Part shown: piece by piece, positions 38,901 through 48,368 of the stretch
How the letters are laid out: each line of letters opens with the position of its first letter
Numbering within the stretch: the first letter of the stretch is position 1
From: Candidatus Thorarchaeota archaeon SMTZ1-45
Lineage (GTDB): Archaea > Asgardarchaeota > Thorarchaeia > Thorarchaeales > Thorarchaeaceae
Length of the DNA stretch: 52,185 nt
Assembly: GCA_001563335.1 (NCBI GenBank)
Contig: LRSL01000089.1
Location: forward strand, 1-52,185
Direction of reading: 5' to 3'
Position numbers and translations under genes: made by a program
Notes under the pieces: generated by a model
What the model saw: only the letters and a program-made list of their open reading frames with translations
The model's database searches: none
What the model was told of the DNA's origin: nothing

Positions 38901-40946
38901 CTAAGAGGCTCCCTACTGAACTATCAGAATAGCACAGTACTCTTCACCCTCGTAGTCACAGATGTACCAACCTCCCTCCAGACATCAGACGGTCTCGTTT
39001 CAGGATTCTGTTATTTCACAGACACTCTAGAGATAGTTCTTCTATACGAGCGAACTGATGATGATACATTTGTCCCAGGAGCACTGATTGAGGTTTCTGC
39101 AGTTGCAGGTCTTGACTATGCTGTAGTAGAAACTCCTCAGGGCTATAACCTCACGTTGAATCCCAGTTATTTGGGTCATTGGTCTTTGACCTTTAAAGCC
39201 TCAAGGTCTCAATTTCGAAATGCCACCATGATCTTTGACTTCGAAGTGCGTGAAGCAATCACAGGACTCTCTGGAGGTACTCCTCCTCCGAGCCTTTACT
39301 TCGGAGTTGAGTACAGCTTTGCCATTACATATGACCATGGTAGTACTCTTGGGATTTCTAATGCCTCTATAACGCAAACATACAGGGGCGTTCAGGGCGA
39401 TCCACTCCTGTGGGTTGATCACAGCAATGGGACCTATACTTTCACACTCATCGCTGGTGACCCAGGATCTTATGTTATTTCAATTGAGTTCTCAAAATAT
39501 GGGTATGAGTCAGCTGAGATAGCCTTCTCTTTTGTCATCCTTGAAGTTCCAACCATTGTGACCACGACCACGCTACCAGGATCACTTTATGGGTCTCGAG
39601 TATACGTGGTTGGTGTCCATGTCACCTCAAACGAACATGGGCCAGTGATGGGTGGTGAGGTCAGATACTCCAACAGCTTAGCCTCATATATCACGTCAGA
39701 GAGTTTCGCCAATGGATGGTATAATATCACCTTCTCTCCTGAAACTGGCAACTTCTCCCGCGCTGAGATTCATATCACGAAGCATGGTTATAGCGAGGCT
39801 GTTGTGGTGTTCTCACTAAACGTGAGTTCAATTCCATTAGTGATTTCTCCGGGATACTTACTGAACAGCTCATACTCTCTACTTCAGGGACAGAATCTTG
39901 TCCTGACTCTACGTCTGGAAGCTGGGGACACTGAAGAGCATATTTCAGATGCCACAATATCTTTTTCAATTCTTGAAACAGAATCAACAGGTTCCTTTGA
40001 AAGTCAACCTGATGGCAGTTATAGCGGAATTATTCCAGTACCACAGCAAGCTGGTACTTACTCCCTTCAGATTCGAGCTTCGAAACCCCAGTTTTCCATT
40101 CTGCGCATTGAGATTATCCTAATTTCGGAGGTTGATGAGAGCGCTCTAGTGAGAGGTGTCGTGTTCACAGGTCTTCAAATTATGGCCCTATTAATTGGGG
40201 GCATTTCCTTAATCTATGTAGGTCAACGTCGTCAAAAACGAATCTCTCTAAGGAATCAGATGGAGCTCATGAGTCTAAGAGCACGATTCAGTGACGCTAG
40301 CAATATCATTGGTTTTCTCGTCATTCAACGGAATAATGGACTGCCCATCTATTCCAAAATTCTGAAGGGTGGATTTGAGATGTCCATAATCAGCGGGTTC
40401 ATCACAGCAATATCGAGCTTTGCTATGGAGATTCGATCTGAAGAGAAACTATGGAGTGCAATTCCAATCTCCGAGGTTGTCACTGCTGTGCAAACCAAGG
40501 AACTCATCTGTGCTCTTTTGACAGTTGACGCACCATCATCGCAACTTATTAGAATCCTTGAGGATGAGGCGGTAATAATCGGCTCAAGATTCGACTCCTA
40601 TCCTGATCTCTTGGGCACACTAAGTCACAAAATCGACACAGCCTTGGAGTATAAGAAGGAGTTCGATCTGTTCTTTGAGAATCAGTTTGATTTCAAACTT
40701 TTGAGAAGCTATTCCTCCTACGATTTGAGCCGAAAGGGAGAGTTACCGCTGATTGAACAAGCTATAATCTCAGGAGAGATGAATAGACCCTTCTATGTGT
40801 CAGAGCTTGTTCGATACTTGATGGCTTCTGGTGTCGAGGAAACTGGAGCTTATCAGATGGTGATGGCGGCAGTTGAATCTGACTTTTTATTATCGCTAGA
40901 AAAATCTGCCAAGGATGAAGAAACTCCCACCGAATCAACGAGCTGA
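35976..40946 (+). CDS. Giant Asgard-type single-pass surface protein (Ig-like repeats, TM helix, cytoplasmic longin/roadblock-like domain)
   Basis: Signal peptide and repeated beta-sandwich units (G.YSI...G.Y.I.I.ASK.GY). TM helix near aa 1395-1415, then LVIQRNNGLPIYSKIL...IISGFITAISSFAMEI. Confidence 0.85.
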   Translation: MKKMMRKPLLFGLLIIGFLILGALPILGNPSLARISTNPGDVRAQYVPNRSHQTAAAPTKTGILSPLEFLQYGINTETTGSIFARTDETPSITTELTLDTANGWKSEQVELNVSEIRKLFVLNGTFSDGYPGTNIEPSGSVSYHPLGWDADSLNDEPSKQTISATYNDTGQEYVELEVEGESTGTPWDFKVYKHSHVFWYQDVTHSLSETDFLLSFDLLYDSGPIGTRHLQDFELRVEADWGSGNVILWSLDPVTIPARDMWDTIGPIPITLTGVPTTFEFRFIFEIIEDRTLEGDREDFDDDWDNAKFVRFFVDDLSFISADYPNPEDVNLRADISPIGVSLIVGLGSSSQTLINYSYWETSPLPIEILSDTPVSFEYEARFVRQFRTGNTSWTTNPSELGIGYSVDISSSSALTSFFYIPNHDNLEGFIVELPHASDYENATILDALSTDVTSFCTISEGLILISGDILDSLGWWKVSFDAPNYAENVTTQRYEAPTWVNQTSFDSGDLIRSSIDIGTSYSTPALIEGLSIEWFLPNNTAWHMEIINDGVGGTVQSSALTLGAYNTTPGEWISRIFWTNGTEVAYGETQFDLFHESSLTPATPIITAGTDTITTCAVYLRDSDTNEFLLDDLCEVVGNWSSDTIIFQRNLAKSWWEGDLNTTLVGTGNHTIVINATRPYYSSSNCTVLVEIATITLFTYFGPDYIDVGLGSTYTANFRYCLSDGTGLEDALVEVTTVIGPVGGLNSGSTVAVAGQPGNYSIDFQVTIGGSYFIVVSASKIGYDTKTTSFNIISAAIGTDLILLNGTSDAMNVGESYRLALQYRNDTGEALAGATVTVVDVVPSAGLTFDPVQYHGTGIYSILVNADLTGIFSITIRVSLDGYESQVRTFTMVVSTISSILSVDPSFVTISADTNYTLIVTFTDDLLQGLENATVSVISINPASGLYPSATTDLGSGLYSITLVPSEEGTYSVVLRGSLLNYQNSTVLFTLVVTDVPTSLQTSDGLVSGFCYFTDTLEIVLLYERTDDDTFVPGALIEVSAVAGLDYAVVETPQGYNLTLNPSYLGHWSLTFKASRSQFRNATMIFDFEVREAITGLSGGTPPPSLYFGVEYSFAITYDHGSTLGISNASITQTYRGVQGDPLLWVDHSNGTYTFTLIAGDPGSYVISIEFSKYGYESAEIAFSFVILEVPTIVTTTTLPGSLYGSRVYVVGVHVTSNEHGPVMGGEVRYSNSLASYITSESFANGWYNITFSPETGNFSRAEIHITKHGYSEAVVVFSLNVSSIPLVISPGYLLNSSYSLLQGQNLVLTLRLEAGDTEEHISDATISFSILETESTGSFESQPDGSYSGIIPVPQQAGTYSLQIRASKPQFSILRIEIILISEVDESALVRGVVFTGLQIMALLIGGISLIYVGQRRQKRISLRNQMELMSLRARFSDASNIIGFLVIQRNNGLPIYSKILKGGFEMSIISGFITAISSFAMEIRSEEKLWSAIPISEVVTAVQTKELICALLTVDAPSSQLIRILEDEAVIIGSRFDSYPDLLGTLSHKIDTALEYKKEFDLFFENQFDFKLLRSYSSYDLSRKGELPLIEQAIISGEMNRPFYVSELVRYLMASGVEETGAYQMVMAAVESDFLLSLEKSAKDEETPTESTS

Positions 40947-41071
40947 ACCAAATTCTGAGAGAAGCAGAAATATCCCATGAAAAAACAAAGAACAGAGCGC
41001 ACTTTTCCTCTGACTAATGACCCGCATATGTTTATTATATCATAACATCAACTATGATTACGTGAATTGTT

Positions 41072-41758
41072 ATGAGTTTGCAAAAACTGAGCATGTTCTT
41101 TGTGATGGTTCTCACACTTGCAATGTTGGCAGGGTTCGTTCAAATTACTCCTGTGGCTGCCACCGAACCCTCTGATATGCAACTTGTCTATGATTTTGAA
41201 ACTCAAACACTCTCAGTGAATGTTTCACACTATGTCGCAAATACGAAGACTCACTATATAGAAACCATTGAGATACAGAAAAATGGTGTATTCGCACAAA
41301 ACAGATCCTATGTAAACCAATCGTTCAATTATGGGATGTATGACACATTCAGTGTTTCAGCAGTTGTTGATGATAATCTTACAGTTACTGCTATCTGTTC
41401 GAAAGGGTATTCACTCACAAGATGGCTGATTGTTACATCCACAACTGCAACGAACACACCACCGCCGACTGATACAACAACTACAACCACAGAACCAACG
41501 AATGGGATTGACTCACCAGGAACACCTTTAGGTGGAGAGATTGCTATTGTTGCTGGAATCGGAGTTGTTGTATTCCTCATCATATTCTTTGCTTGGCTTA
41601 ACCCAGACAAGGTTCCTGGCGCTTTCAAACAACTCGGTTCACGAATAAGTGGCGGATTCAGTTGGTTCGGAGATAAGCTGAGAGGAGCCCTTTCCTGGTT
41701 GAAAGTAGGGCTCGGCAATCTTCTTCAGCAAATCAAAGCCAAATCATCATCAAAGTAA
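41072..41758 (+). CDS. Exported His/Cys-containing beta-domain protein with Thr-rich linker and TM anchor
   Basis: Signal peptide, VSHYV....HYIETIEI...AICSKG, a TTATNTPPPTDTTTTTT linker, a TM helix and an amphipathic tail. Confidence 0.72.
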   Translation: MSLQKLSMFFVMVLTLAMLAGFVQITPVAATEPSDMQLVYDFETQTLSVNVSHYVANTKTHYIETIEIQKNGVFAQNRSYVNQSFNYGMYDTFSVSAVVDDNLTVTAICSKGYSLTRWLIVTSTTATNTPPPTDTTTTTTEPTNGIDSPGTPLGGEIAIVAGIGVVVFLIIFFAWLNPDKVPGAFKQLGSRISGGFSWFGDKLRGALSWLKVGLGNLLQQIKAKSSSK

Positions 41759-41764
41759 CCAGGC

Positions 41765-42541
41765 TTATACCGCTGTTATGTCCTGCAAGAATTCGATTGT
41801 GCAATCGAACAAGTCGTTCTTGTACAGGTCATCGCTCATGATGGCATGTGGCGCTCCTTCAACCATATGCATTTTCTTTCTTTCAGAAGCCAAACAATCG
41901 AAGATTCTCTGAGCACTGTCTTTTGACACTCCATCGTCAGCAGTCCCCTGAATGATGTAGGTAGGACAAGTCACATTGCTGAGCGCTTTCTTGAGACGTT
42001 TCAGGGCATCATGTGCTATAAGCCCAATACTTGTTGGGATCCATTCATACCCCACCCAACCTTTCTCTCGTAGCCATCTAGGAGCCATTGACTTATGTCG
42101 CTCAGGAATGGCTCTCCTAATTAGGGGAGTCTTGCTTATGACGGGAAGTAGGTGTAAAAGTCTACTCTGGACTGCATAAGGAGCCGCCCAGGTAACCACA
42201 CCACTTACTTCACTTCTCTCTGATGCTATGAGTAGTGCAAGAACACCTCCTAAACTGTGTCCCACGATGAAGACTTGCTTACAGGTTTCTAGAAGACGGT
42301 CAAGTCCTGAATGTGCATCTGTGAGCCAATCCTCCAAAGTGACTCCAATAAGATCCTCCGGTTTAGTACCAAATCCTGTCAGTGATGGCAACCAGATTGT
42401 CATTCCAGTCCTTTCATGCAGAATATCTGAAAATTCCTTTTGATCCCAAGCAGAACCACCTCCTGCTCCGTGGAGTATAAGACAACCTGCTGTATTGCCA
42501 GCTATGAAAAGTGGTTCAGCACCAGGCATATAATCAGTCAT
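41765..42541 (-). CDS. Carboxylesterase/monoacylglycerol lipase-like alpha/beta hydrolase
   Basis: GAEPLF..G...GCLILHG, GHSLGG, QGTADD and GAPH motifs. Confidence 0.9.
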   Translation of the reverse strand: MTDYMPGAEPLFIAGNTAGCLILHGAGGGSAWDQKEFSDILHERTGMTIWLPSLTGFGTKPEDLIGVTLEDWLTDAHSGLDRLLETCKQVFIVGHSLGGVLALLIASERSEVSGVVTWAAPYAVQSRLLHLLPVISKTPLIRRAIPERHKSMAPRWLREKGWVGYEWIPTSIGLIAHDALKRLKKALSNVTCPTYIIQGTADDGVSKDSAQRIFDCLASERKKMHMVEGAPHAIMSDDLYKNDLFDCTIEFLQDITAV

Positions 42542-43899
42542 TTCTGACCCCCATTGTGCTCTATTTTGAGTGCTTCGAAATCAGGGTCAATATCGATATA
42601 TCGAAGGATGAATGCGGCAATAAGGAGGAACGGTGCGAACACAGGACCCCACCACATAAGCCCCGCAAGTTCTGATCCCGTTAGGATGACCGATAGTTGC
42701 ATGACGCCGCCTAGAACTAGGCTTGATGCTGCTTGGAACATGTTCAGAGGTACACCAATGAATCCAGTGTATATCCCTGAGCGACTATCTCCTGTCACAA
42801 TCTCATCGACCTGAGCAATGTCTGCAGGAACAACATAACTCATCAGATAGTAGATGGCCATTCCTGCTCCAATGGGGATAAAGAACAGTGTTGCTGCCAA
42901 GGTGTATCCGATAACAGATCCAAGATCTCGTAAAATTGGAGTTATAGGCGTGAATAAAGCGAGTAGTACCAGCCCGATGATTAGAGACCGTCTTTTACCT
43001 AACCTGCGAACTCCTGTGAGCCAAATATAGAAGAAGACTATCGTAGAACCAAGCATGGCGAGGGCCGCAGGAGCCAATGCTCCAATTGAATCAAGAAACA
43101 TCACCTGTTGAAGGAATCCCACCAGCGAATGATTGATTGCTATTAGCGTGAAAGATAGAAAACCCACAGCCAGGGTCCATCCAACAAAGGTGCGATTTCC
43201 AATCGCTACTTTGGTTTCTTCCTTCAAGCTACGCTCAATAGGTGTGATACCAGGTTTTGCCCGAATGACCAACATTGATGGCAACATGAAGAGAATCGTG
43301 ATCCCACAAAACAATAGTAAAAGATTGAGCCCAGTTTCACTCAACTGCTCTGGAGGTCCTGCTACAAACAGTAGGGGTGTCATGAAACCCATAATTCCAC
43401 CTGCAGAGTCCGCAACAAAGTTGAATGTGTTCATGAATCCTGACACAAGTGGTCTCTCAGCCTCATCAGTGATTTCAGGCAACCATGCCTGATGAGCAGT
43501 CATTACAAACGCATAGAAGAACTTGAAGAGGCACAGAAAGATAAGGTAGTAGGTAAAGAGCACTAATTCAAGGGCAGGATTCGCTGTGTCAAGGAACCAG
43601 TTTGGCACAAACAGAAAGAATGCGGAAATCATTATGCCCGGCGTACCAATGATGACAAATGGTCTCCTTCTACCCCATCTGCTCTTTAGTGTATCACTAT
43701 AGTATCCAGTGAACCAATGGGTAAGACCAATGACGATATAGGACGCAGCCAGTGAGATGCCATTCAGGAACCAATTGAGCTGAAAGCTGGTTCCATAGAC
43801 ATAGAAAACCGTCATAGTGATCATGGTCATCAGAAAGGACGGACCAAATCTTCCCATAGAGTATCCAATCTTCTTTGGCAGAGAGAGCATTGGTATCAT
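42538..43899 (-). CDS. MFS transporter (GPH/MelB-like)
   Basis: About 12 TM helices. GYYSD..KSRWGRRRPF, AWLPEIT and D.A..DE..TG..RSG.Y motifs. Confidence 0.9.
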   Translation of the reverse strand: MIPMLSLPKKIGYSMGRFGPSFLMTMITMTVFYVYGTSFQLNWFLNGISLAASYIVIGLTHWFTGYYSDTLKSRWGRRRPFVIIGTPGIMISAFFLFVPNWFLDTANPALELVLFTYYLIFLCLFKFFYAFVMTAHQAWLPEITDEAERPLVSGFMNTFNFVADSAGGIMGFMTPLLFVAGPPEQLSETGLNLLLLFCGITILFMLPSMLVIRAKPGITPIERSLKEETKVAIGNRTFVGWTLAVGFLSFTLIAINHSLVGFLQQVMFLDSIGALAPAALAMLGSTIVFFYIWLTGVRRLGKRRSLIIGLVLLALFTPITPILRDLGSVIGYTLAATLFFIPIGAGMAIYYLMSYVVPADIAQVDEIVTGDSRSGIYTGFIGVPLNMFQAASSLVLGGVMQLSVILTGSELAGLMWWGPVFAPFLLIAAFILRYIDIDPDFEALKIEHNGGQK

Positions 43900-44046
43900 T
43901 TTTCCTTTGTCTTAACATACTATTGAGCTTGCTGATTCTAGGGTTATGGTGTAACAATCTATTTGTAGCTAGTAGAACTCTCACCATACAGCCCTCTATG
44001 ATGATGAAGAATCATGGACATTCGAGAGGCTGGAGGTCAATGACCA

Positions 44047-45336
44047 TTGGATGTATCATTTTCAGCAAAACAGATTGCTCCGTCTGCAACACTGGCCATA
44101 AACGAACTAATCGCAACTATCAGAGCTGGTGGTGAAAAAGTCTATCACATGGGCTTTGGAGAGTCACCATTTCCAGTACATTCCCGTGTTCGCAAAGCGC
44201 TCTGTGATAACTCCTGGCGGCAGAGATATCTTCCAACTCAAGGCATAATCGAACTAAGAGAACAGATATCGGGATTTTATCAGAAGATGTTTGACCTACA
44301 GTACTCTCAGGAGCAGATTGTCATTGGTCCTGGTAGCAAGCCACTCATGTTTGCAGCCCTTACAGCTCTTGATGGTCCAATTTTCCTTCCAGCACCCTCA
44401 TGGGTCAGTTACCAGCATATGGGTCGGTTTCTCTCACGAGATGTACATCACATTGTGACCCTCTCAATGAACTCCTATCGTTTAGAACCTGATTTACTGG
44501 AGTTGGCAATCAGAGCTCACTCCCCAGATCGTGACCAGCAGAAAGTGTTAGTTTTGAACTATCCATGTAATCCGACTGGACACACCTTTTCATCTAAGGA
44601 GTTGAAAGAGCTCGCAGATGTTGCTCGTGAGTATAATGCTGTTGTCGTTTCTGATGAGATCTATGCATTAACACATTTTCGGGACCAAGAACACCATAGT
44701 ATAGCAGAGTTCTATCCAGAGGGCACGCTCGTCACTGGTGGTCTCTCAAAGGATAGGTCTCTTGGTGGTTATCGGTTAGGCGCACTCCTGCTCCCTCCAG
44801 ATGAGAAACAACTTCTACGAAGTATTCTCGCTGTTGGGAGTGAACTCTGGTCAAGCGTATCTGCTCCTATTCAGTATGCTGGAATCGAAGCATATCGCAC
44901 AGATACAGAGCTTGTTGACTATATTGAGGACTGCGCTGTTGTGCACGAGCTGGTCACAAGATACGCCTACAAGAGAATTCACAACATGGGTGTTTCGTGT
45001 CCTTACCCACAAGGAGCCTTCTATCTGTTTCCTGATTGGAACAGTCAGAGAGAGGCACTTCAAAAGAAGGGAGTGACAACCTCTAATGAACTGGCCAAAC
45101 ACCTCCTCAAGAACTGGTTTTTAGCAAGTCTACCCGGTGTGGAGTTCGGTATGCCTCCTGACGATCTTTCCTTACGTCTTGCTACTGTTGACTATGATGG
45201 CGCTTCAGCATACAAAGCTTTTCAGAAAAGACGAAAATCTGCTATCAAGGACCCAGAGTCTTTCGTCTTGTCTATTGCGCCTTCGGTTGTAGAGGGGTGT
45301 AATCAGCTTGAACGGTTTACTGCAGAGCTTGACTAA
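44047..45336 (+). CDS. Aspartate aminotransferase-like (class I/II)
   Basis: PSATLAINE, GFGESPFP, GPGSK, NYPCNPTG, SDEIY and GLSKDRSLGGYRLG motifs. Confidence 0.92.
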   Translation: MDVSFSAKQIAPSATLAINELIATIRAGGEKVYHMGFGESPFPVHSRVRKALCDNSWRQRYLPTQGIIELREQISGFYQKMFDLQYSQEQIVIGPGSKPLMFAALTALDGPIFLPAPSWVSYQHMGRFLSRDVHHIVTLSMNSYRLEPDLLELAIRAHSPDRDQQKVLVLNYPCNPTGHTFSSKELKELADVAREYNAVVVSDEIYALTHFRDQEHHSIAEFYPEGTLVTGGLSKDRSLGGYRLGALLLPPDEKQLLRSILAVGSELWSSVSAPIQYAGIEAYRTDTELVDYIEDCAVVHELVTRYAYKRIHNMGVSCPYPQGAFYLFPDWNSQREALQKKGVTTSNELAKHLLKNWFLASLPGVEFGMPPDDLSLRLATVDYDGASAYKAFQKRRKSAIKDPESFVLSIAPSVVEGCNQLERFTAELD

Positions 45337-45358
45337 TGCAAAGGAGGAGATGGTACGG

Positions 45359-46177
45359 ATGGAGAAGCTCATAATCACAGTTGCACCAACTGGTTCTGTT
45401 CCAACCAAGAAGGACACCCCTCATCTACCGGTGACACCAGATGAGATTGTTGAAACTGCCTATTTGTGTGCGCAGGAAGGAGCATCGATTATTCACGTTC
45501 ACTGCCGAGATGAGAATGAGAAACCCACCTCTGACTCTAGCCTCTTCGAAGAAATCGTGAGGAAGATCCGGAAGCGAACCAACCTGCTAGTCATGGTATC
45601 AACAAGCGGGGTTGCGGGATGTTCTGATGAGGAACGTGCTGAGCCGTTGAGAACCAACCCCGAACTGGCTAGTCTGACCACAGGGTCTCTCAACTTCACG
45701 GGTCGAAAACCTCCAGTGGTGTATAGGAACTCTTGGGAAACCATCACATACCTTGCTCAACGAATGCGTGACCTAAAGATCAAACCAGAAATGGAGGCAT
45801 TTGACGTGGGCTTCATACCACAAGGTATCATGCTCATCAAGGAGGGTATAGTTTCAGAACCACCACTCTTTCAACTTGTCATGGGTGTTGGTGGGGGGAT
45901 TCCAGCCACTATTGACAACCTACTGCATATGCGAGCACAACTCCCAAAGAATGCAGTCTTCACTGTGGCAGGGATCGGAAGGACACAGGTTGACATGACA
46001 ACCATGTCTATTTTGATGGGCGGCCATGTCAGGGTCGGGCTTGAAGACAATATCTACCTTACAAAGGGTCAACTCGCCCCTAACGAGGACTTTGTAGTCC
46101 GAACACGTCAAATTGCTGAATCTCTTGGCAGAAAAGTTGCTTCTCCAGACGATGCACGGGTCATTCTTGGATTATAA
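45359..46177 (+). CDS. kce: 3-keto-5-aminohexanoate cleavage enzyme (BKACE/DUF849) family
   Basis: KLIITVAPTG, GASIIHVH.RD, KPE.E.FD and GGHVRVGLEDN motifs. GGAGGAG upstream. Confidence 0.9.
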   Translation: MEKLIITVAPTGSVPTKKDTPHLPVTPDEIVETAYLCAQEGASIIHVHCRDENEKPTSDSSLFEEIVRKIRKRTNLLVMVSTSGVAGCSDEERAEPLRTNPELASLTTGSLNFTGRKPPVVYRNSWETITYLAQRMRDLKIKPEMEAFDVGFIPQGIMLIKEGIVSEPPLFQLVMGVGGGIPATIDNLLHMRAQLPKNAVFTVAGIGRTQVDMTTMSILMGGHVRVGLEDNIYLTKGQLAPNEDFVVRTRQIAESLGRKVASPDDARVILGL

Positions 46178-46194
46178 CCCCTACAAATCAAACT

Positions 46195-47790
46195 CTATCT
46201 GAATGAGCTTAGGAATGACTGCACCCAAGCTGCTTCTCTGTACTGTTTCACTTTTATCGCCTCAGCCAACTCACTCTGTCTTAGAGCCGCTGTAAATGTA
46301 TCTGATCCGGTCTCCATATTGAGGATTGACCTTATGGACTTCACGAGATCTTCATCAAACGGTGGTTTGAGGTGGGATGACGCTAGTCTGAGGTGTTCAA
46401 TCAATCTCTCCCTAGCTCTATTCTCCCTTCGTCGCCAGTAGTAGCTATAACCCCTGCTACCCTGATGCTGCCATCTCTTGAGCTCTCTTCCGAGTCTTTC
46501 GAACCTTTTTGCAAAGTACTGATGAACTTCCTGCATACTAGCCACACCAGAGATGCCTAACATCCTTGTGAGTGCAGGCTTTGAAGGTCTGTCATATCCA
46601 ATGCGCTTGATAACGATGGGTGCTTTTGCCCTGATGACTGCCTCCCCCTCACTCCCCAGTTCTGACAGTGCAAGAACACTCGCTCGAACTACTGGTCTGC
46701 TACTGTTTACAACATAGGGAGATATCAGTCCAACAAGGTCTGGTAACTCTTGTTTTGACAGTGCCTGAATTACCGCCGCTCTGGTTGTATTTCCATCATG
46801 TTTTAGCAGCTCGATTAGAGTTTCCTTACACCTCGGAGAGTAGATTCCACCTAGCGCCTCTACCATAGCCTCTCCTTCCTTTGAGAGGTATCGACCTCGA
46901 GGTGTAGCTAGTTCCTTCAACATCTCGATGGACGACTCATGGCCGACTCTCCCAATAGCCTCAGCCATAGAAATCCTGACCTTTGTACTCTGTTCAAGAG
47001 GAAGACGATGATGGAGGAATGGCAAGACCCTAGAGTCACCTGTTCGACCAAGAGCCCTTGCTGCAGTGCTACGATTTCCGGGTACCTTGTATAATGCAAG
47101 CCTTACTGCGTTAGCCAAGATGTCTGCAGTGGCCTTGGTGCATCTGCTCTTGAAGACTGGACTGCTCCCAAGTGTCCTGTATCTCTTGTCCATGTCCACC
47201 TCATCAGCCAATTCCCCTGTGATCTTCTTCACAGCATTGGCTGCACTGTCTGATATCCGTTCATCCAACCAGGTTCTTCGACGCCAGCGATAGTATCCAT
47301 ATTGGCTCTGGGAATCATGAGGCTTGGACCCATCAGTCATGAGTATCTGGAATCCGTAATATGTTCCAAGTACATCAATCCTCGAGGGACTTCCTTCCAA
47401 CTGCTCTAACTCTCGTTTGCGTGCTTTGATGACCTCTTTGACTAGTATGACATAGGGCGTCATGGTCATGGCATCAATATCTATGAAATATGTGTGCTTG
47501 TTCTCAATCTGCTCTCTCAGAACATCCATCGCATGATGGACTGTGTTTGCCCTGACCTGACGGAGATTGCCGCCCTCCAGTGATTCAAACTCCTTGAAGA
47601 CATCAGAGTCTGACCCACCGACTGCATCCAGTTGCAGGAGGGCGACCACAGCATCCCGCGCCTTCCCATCAGGGCGAACCTGCTTTAAGCGGCGTAAGAG
47701 TGCTTCCCAACCCTCAGTCTTGATGAATTCGTCAGCTCGTTTCTTTAACTCAGAATATTGCCTTCTTGTGGCAAGATCTACAATCGTCAT
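46195..47790 (-). CDS. HEAT-repeat (PBS-lyase-like) protein
   Basis: RSTAARALGRTGD.R.LP.L, VRISMAEAIGRVG, RAAVIQALS and VRASVLALSELG repeats. Confidence 0.82.
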   Translation of the reverse strand: MTIVDLATRRQYSELKKRADEFIKTEGWEALLRRLKQVRPDGKARDAVVALLQLDAVGGSDSDVFKEFESLEGGNLRQVRANTVHHAMDVLREQIENKHTYFIDIDAMTMTPYVILVKEVIKARKRELEQLEGSPSRIDVLGTYYGFQILMTDGSKPHDSQSQYGYYRWRRRTWLDERISDSAANAVKKITGELADEVDMDKRYRTLGSSPVFKSRCTKATADILANAVRLALYKVPGNRSTAARALGRTGDSRVLPFLHHRLPLEQSTKVRISMAEAIGRVGHESSIEMLKELATPRGRYLSKEGEAMVEALGGIYSPRCKETLIELLKHDGNTTRAAVIQALSKQELPDLVGLISPYVVNSSRPVVRASVLALSELGSEGEAVIRAKAPIVIKRIGYDRPSKPALTRMLGISGVASMQEVHQYFAKRFERLGRELKRWQHQGSRGYSYYWRRRENRARERLIEHLRLASSHLKPPFDEDLVKSIRSILNMETGSDTFTAALRQSELAEAIKVKQYREAAWVQSFLSSFR

Positions 47791-47817
47791 CCATCATAAC
47801 TCCCTAGCTAACCTAGA

Positions 47818-47946
47818 TCATGCAATATGGTTAATGACCCATAGCCGCATGAAATTTCTGTGTTCCACCCTTCCCTTGCCAGTGTCACCACCATCCAGCA
47901 TTTTCGAGAAAATGCTAAACTTAGCAAGAGCTTTGTCAATGTTCAT
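47818..47946 (-). CDS. Possible 42-aa small protein (not in the ORF track)
   Basis: MNIDKALAKFSIFSKMLDGGDTGKGRVEHRNFMRLWVINHIA. ATGA overlap with the upstream ORF stop and GGAGGG upstream. Confidence 0.3.
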   Translation of the reverse strand: MNIDKALAKFSIFSKMLDGGDTGKGRVEHRNFMRLWVINHIA

Positions 47947-48239
47947 CGGAATAGAATCCCTCCTGAAGACCTGGCTTCTTTCTCCTGTACTAGTGTTGAG
48001 TCATCACCTTCAACAACAGAGAGTGTTTCCACAGTTCTTACCACGACGGGGTCATCATCACTCATCCCAAGTTCGTCACCGAACCTGAGAAAGTCCAACT
48101 GGACAAAGTGAACCACCGCGGACTCTCCAGAACCTGATGTTGGTTTTTTCTTGGAGAGTAAGGACTTCCCTTGAGAAGACTTCTTCCTTTGGGCTTTTGG
48201 TCGCACACATTGAACCTCGTTCAAAGTCCTAGTCCACAT
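47943..48239 (-). CDS. Hypothetical protein
   Basis: 98-aa ATG ORF on the same strand as the HEAT gene. Basic N-half and acidic C-half. Confidence 0.4.
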   Translation of the reverse strand: MWTRTLNEVQCVRPKAQRKKSSQGKSLLSKKKPTSGSGESAVVHFVQLDFLRFGDELGMSDDDPVVVRTVETLSVVEGDDSTLVQEKEARSSGGILFR

Positions 48240-48307
48240 ACCTAGTCCCCTAGATTTGTCAGACTGGTGGGTATATTAACTGCACATTTCCCCTTCCAAA
48301 GCTAAAA

Positions 48308-48331
48308 AAGTTAGAACACGTGTTCTAACTT
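48308..48331. repeat. Perfect 24-bp palindrome (terminator hairpin or operator)
   Basis: AAGTTAGAACACGTGTTCTAACTT equals its own reverse complement. It lies downstream of the GNAT stop and next to an A-run (T-run on the minus strand). Confidence 0.85.
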
Positions 48332-48368
48332 ACTCTCTTTATAATTGTACTCAGAAAATAAAAATGAC

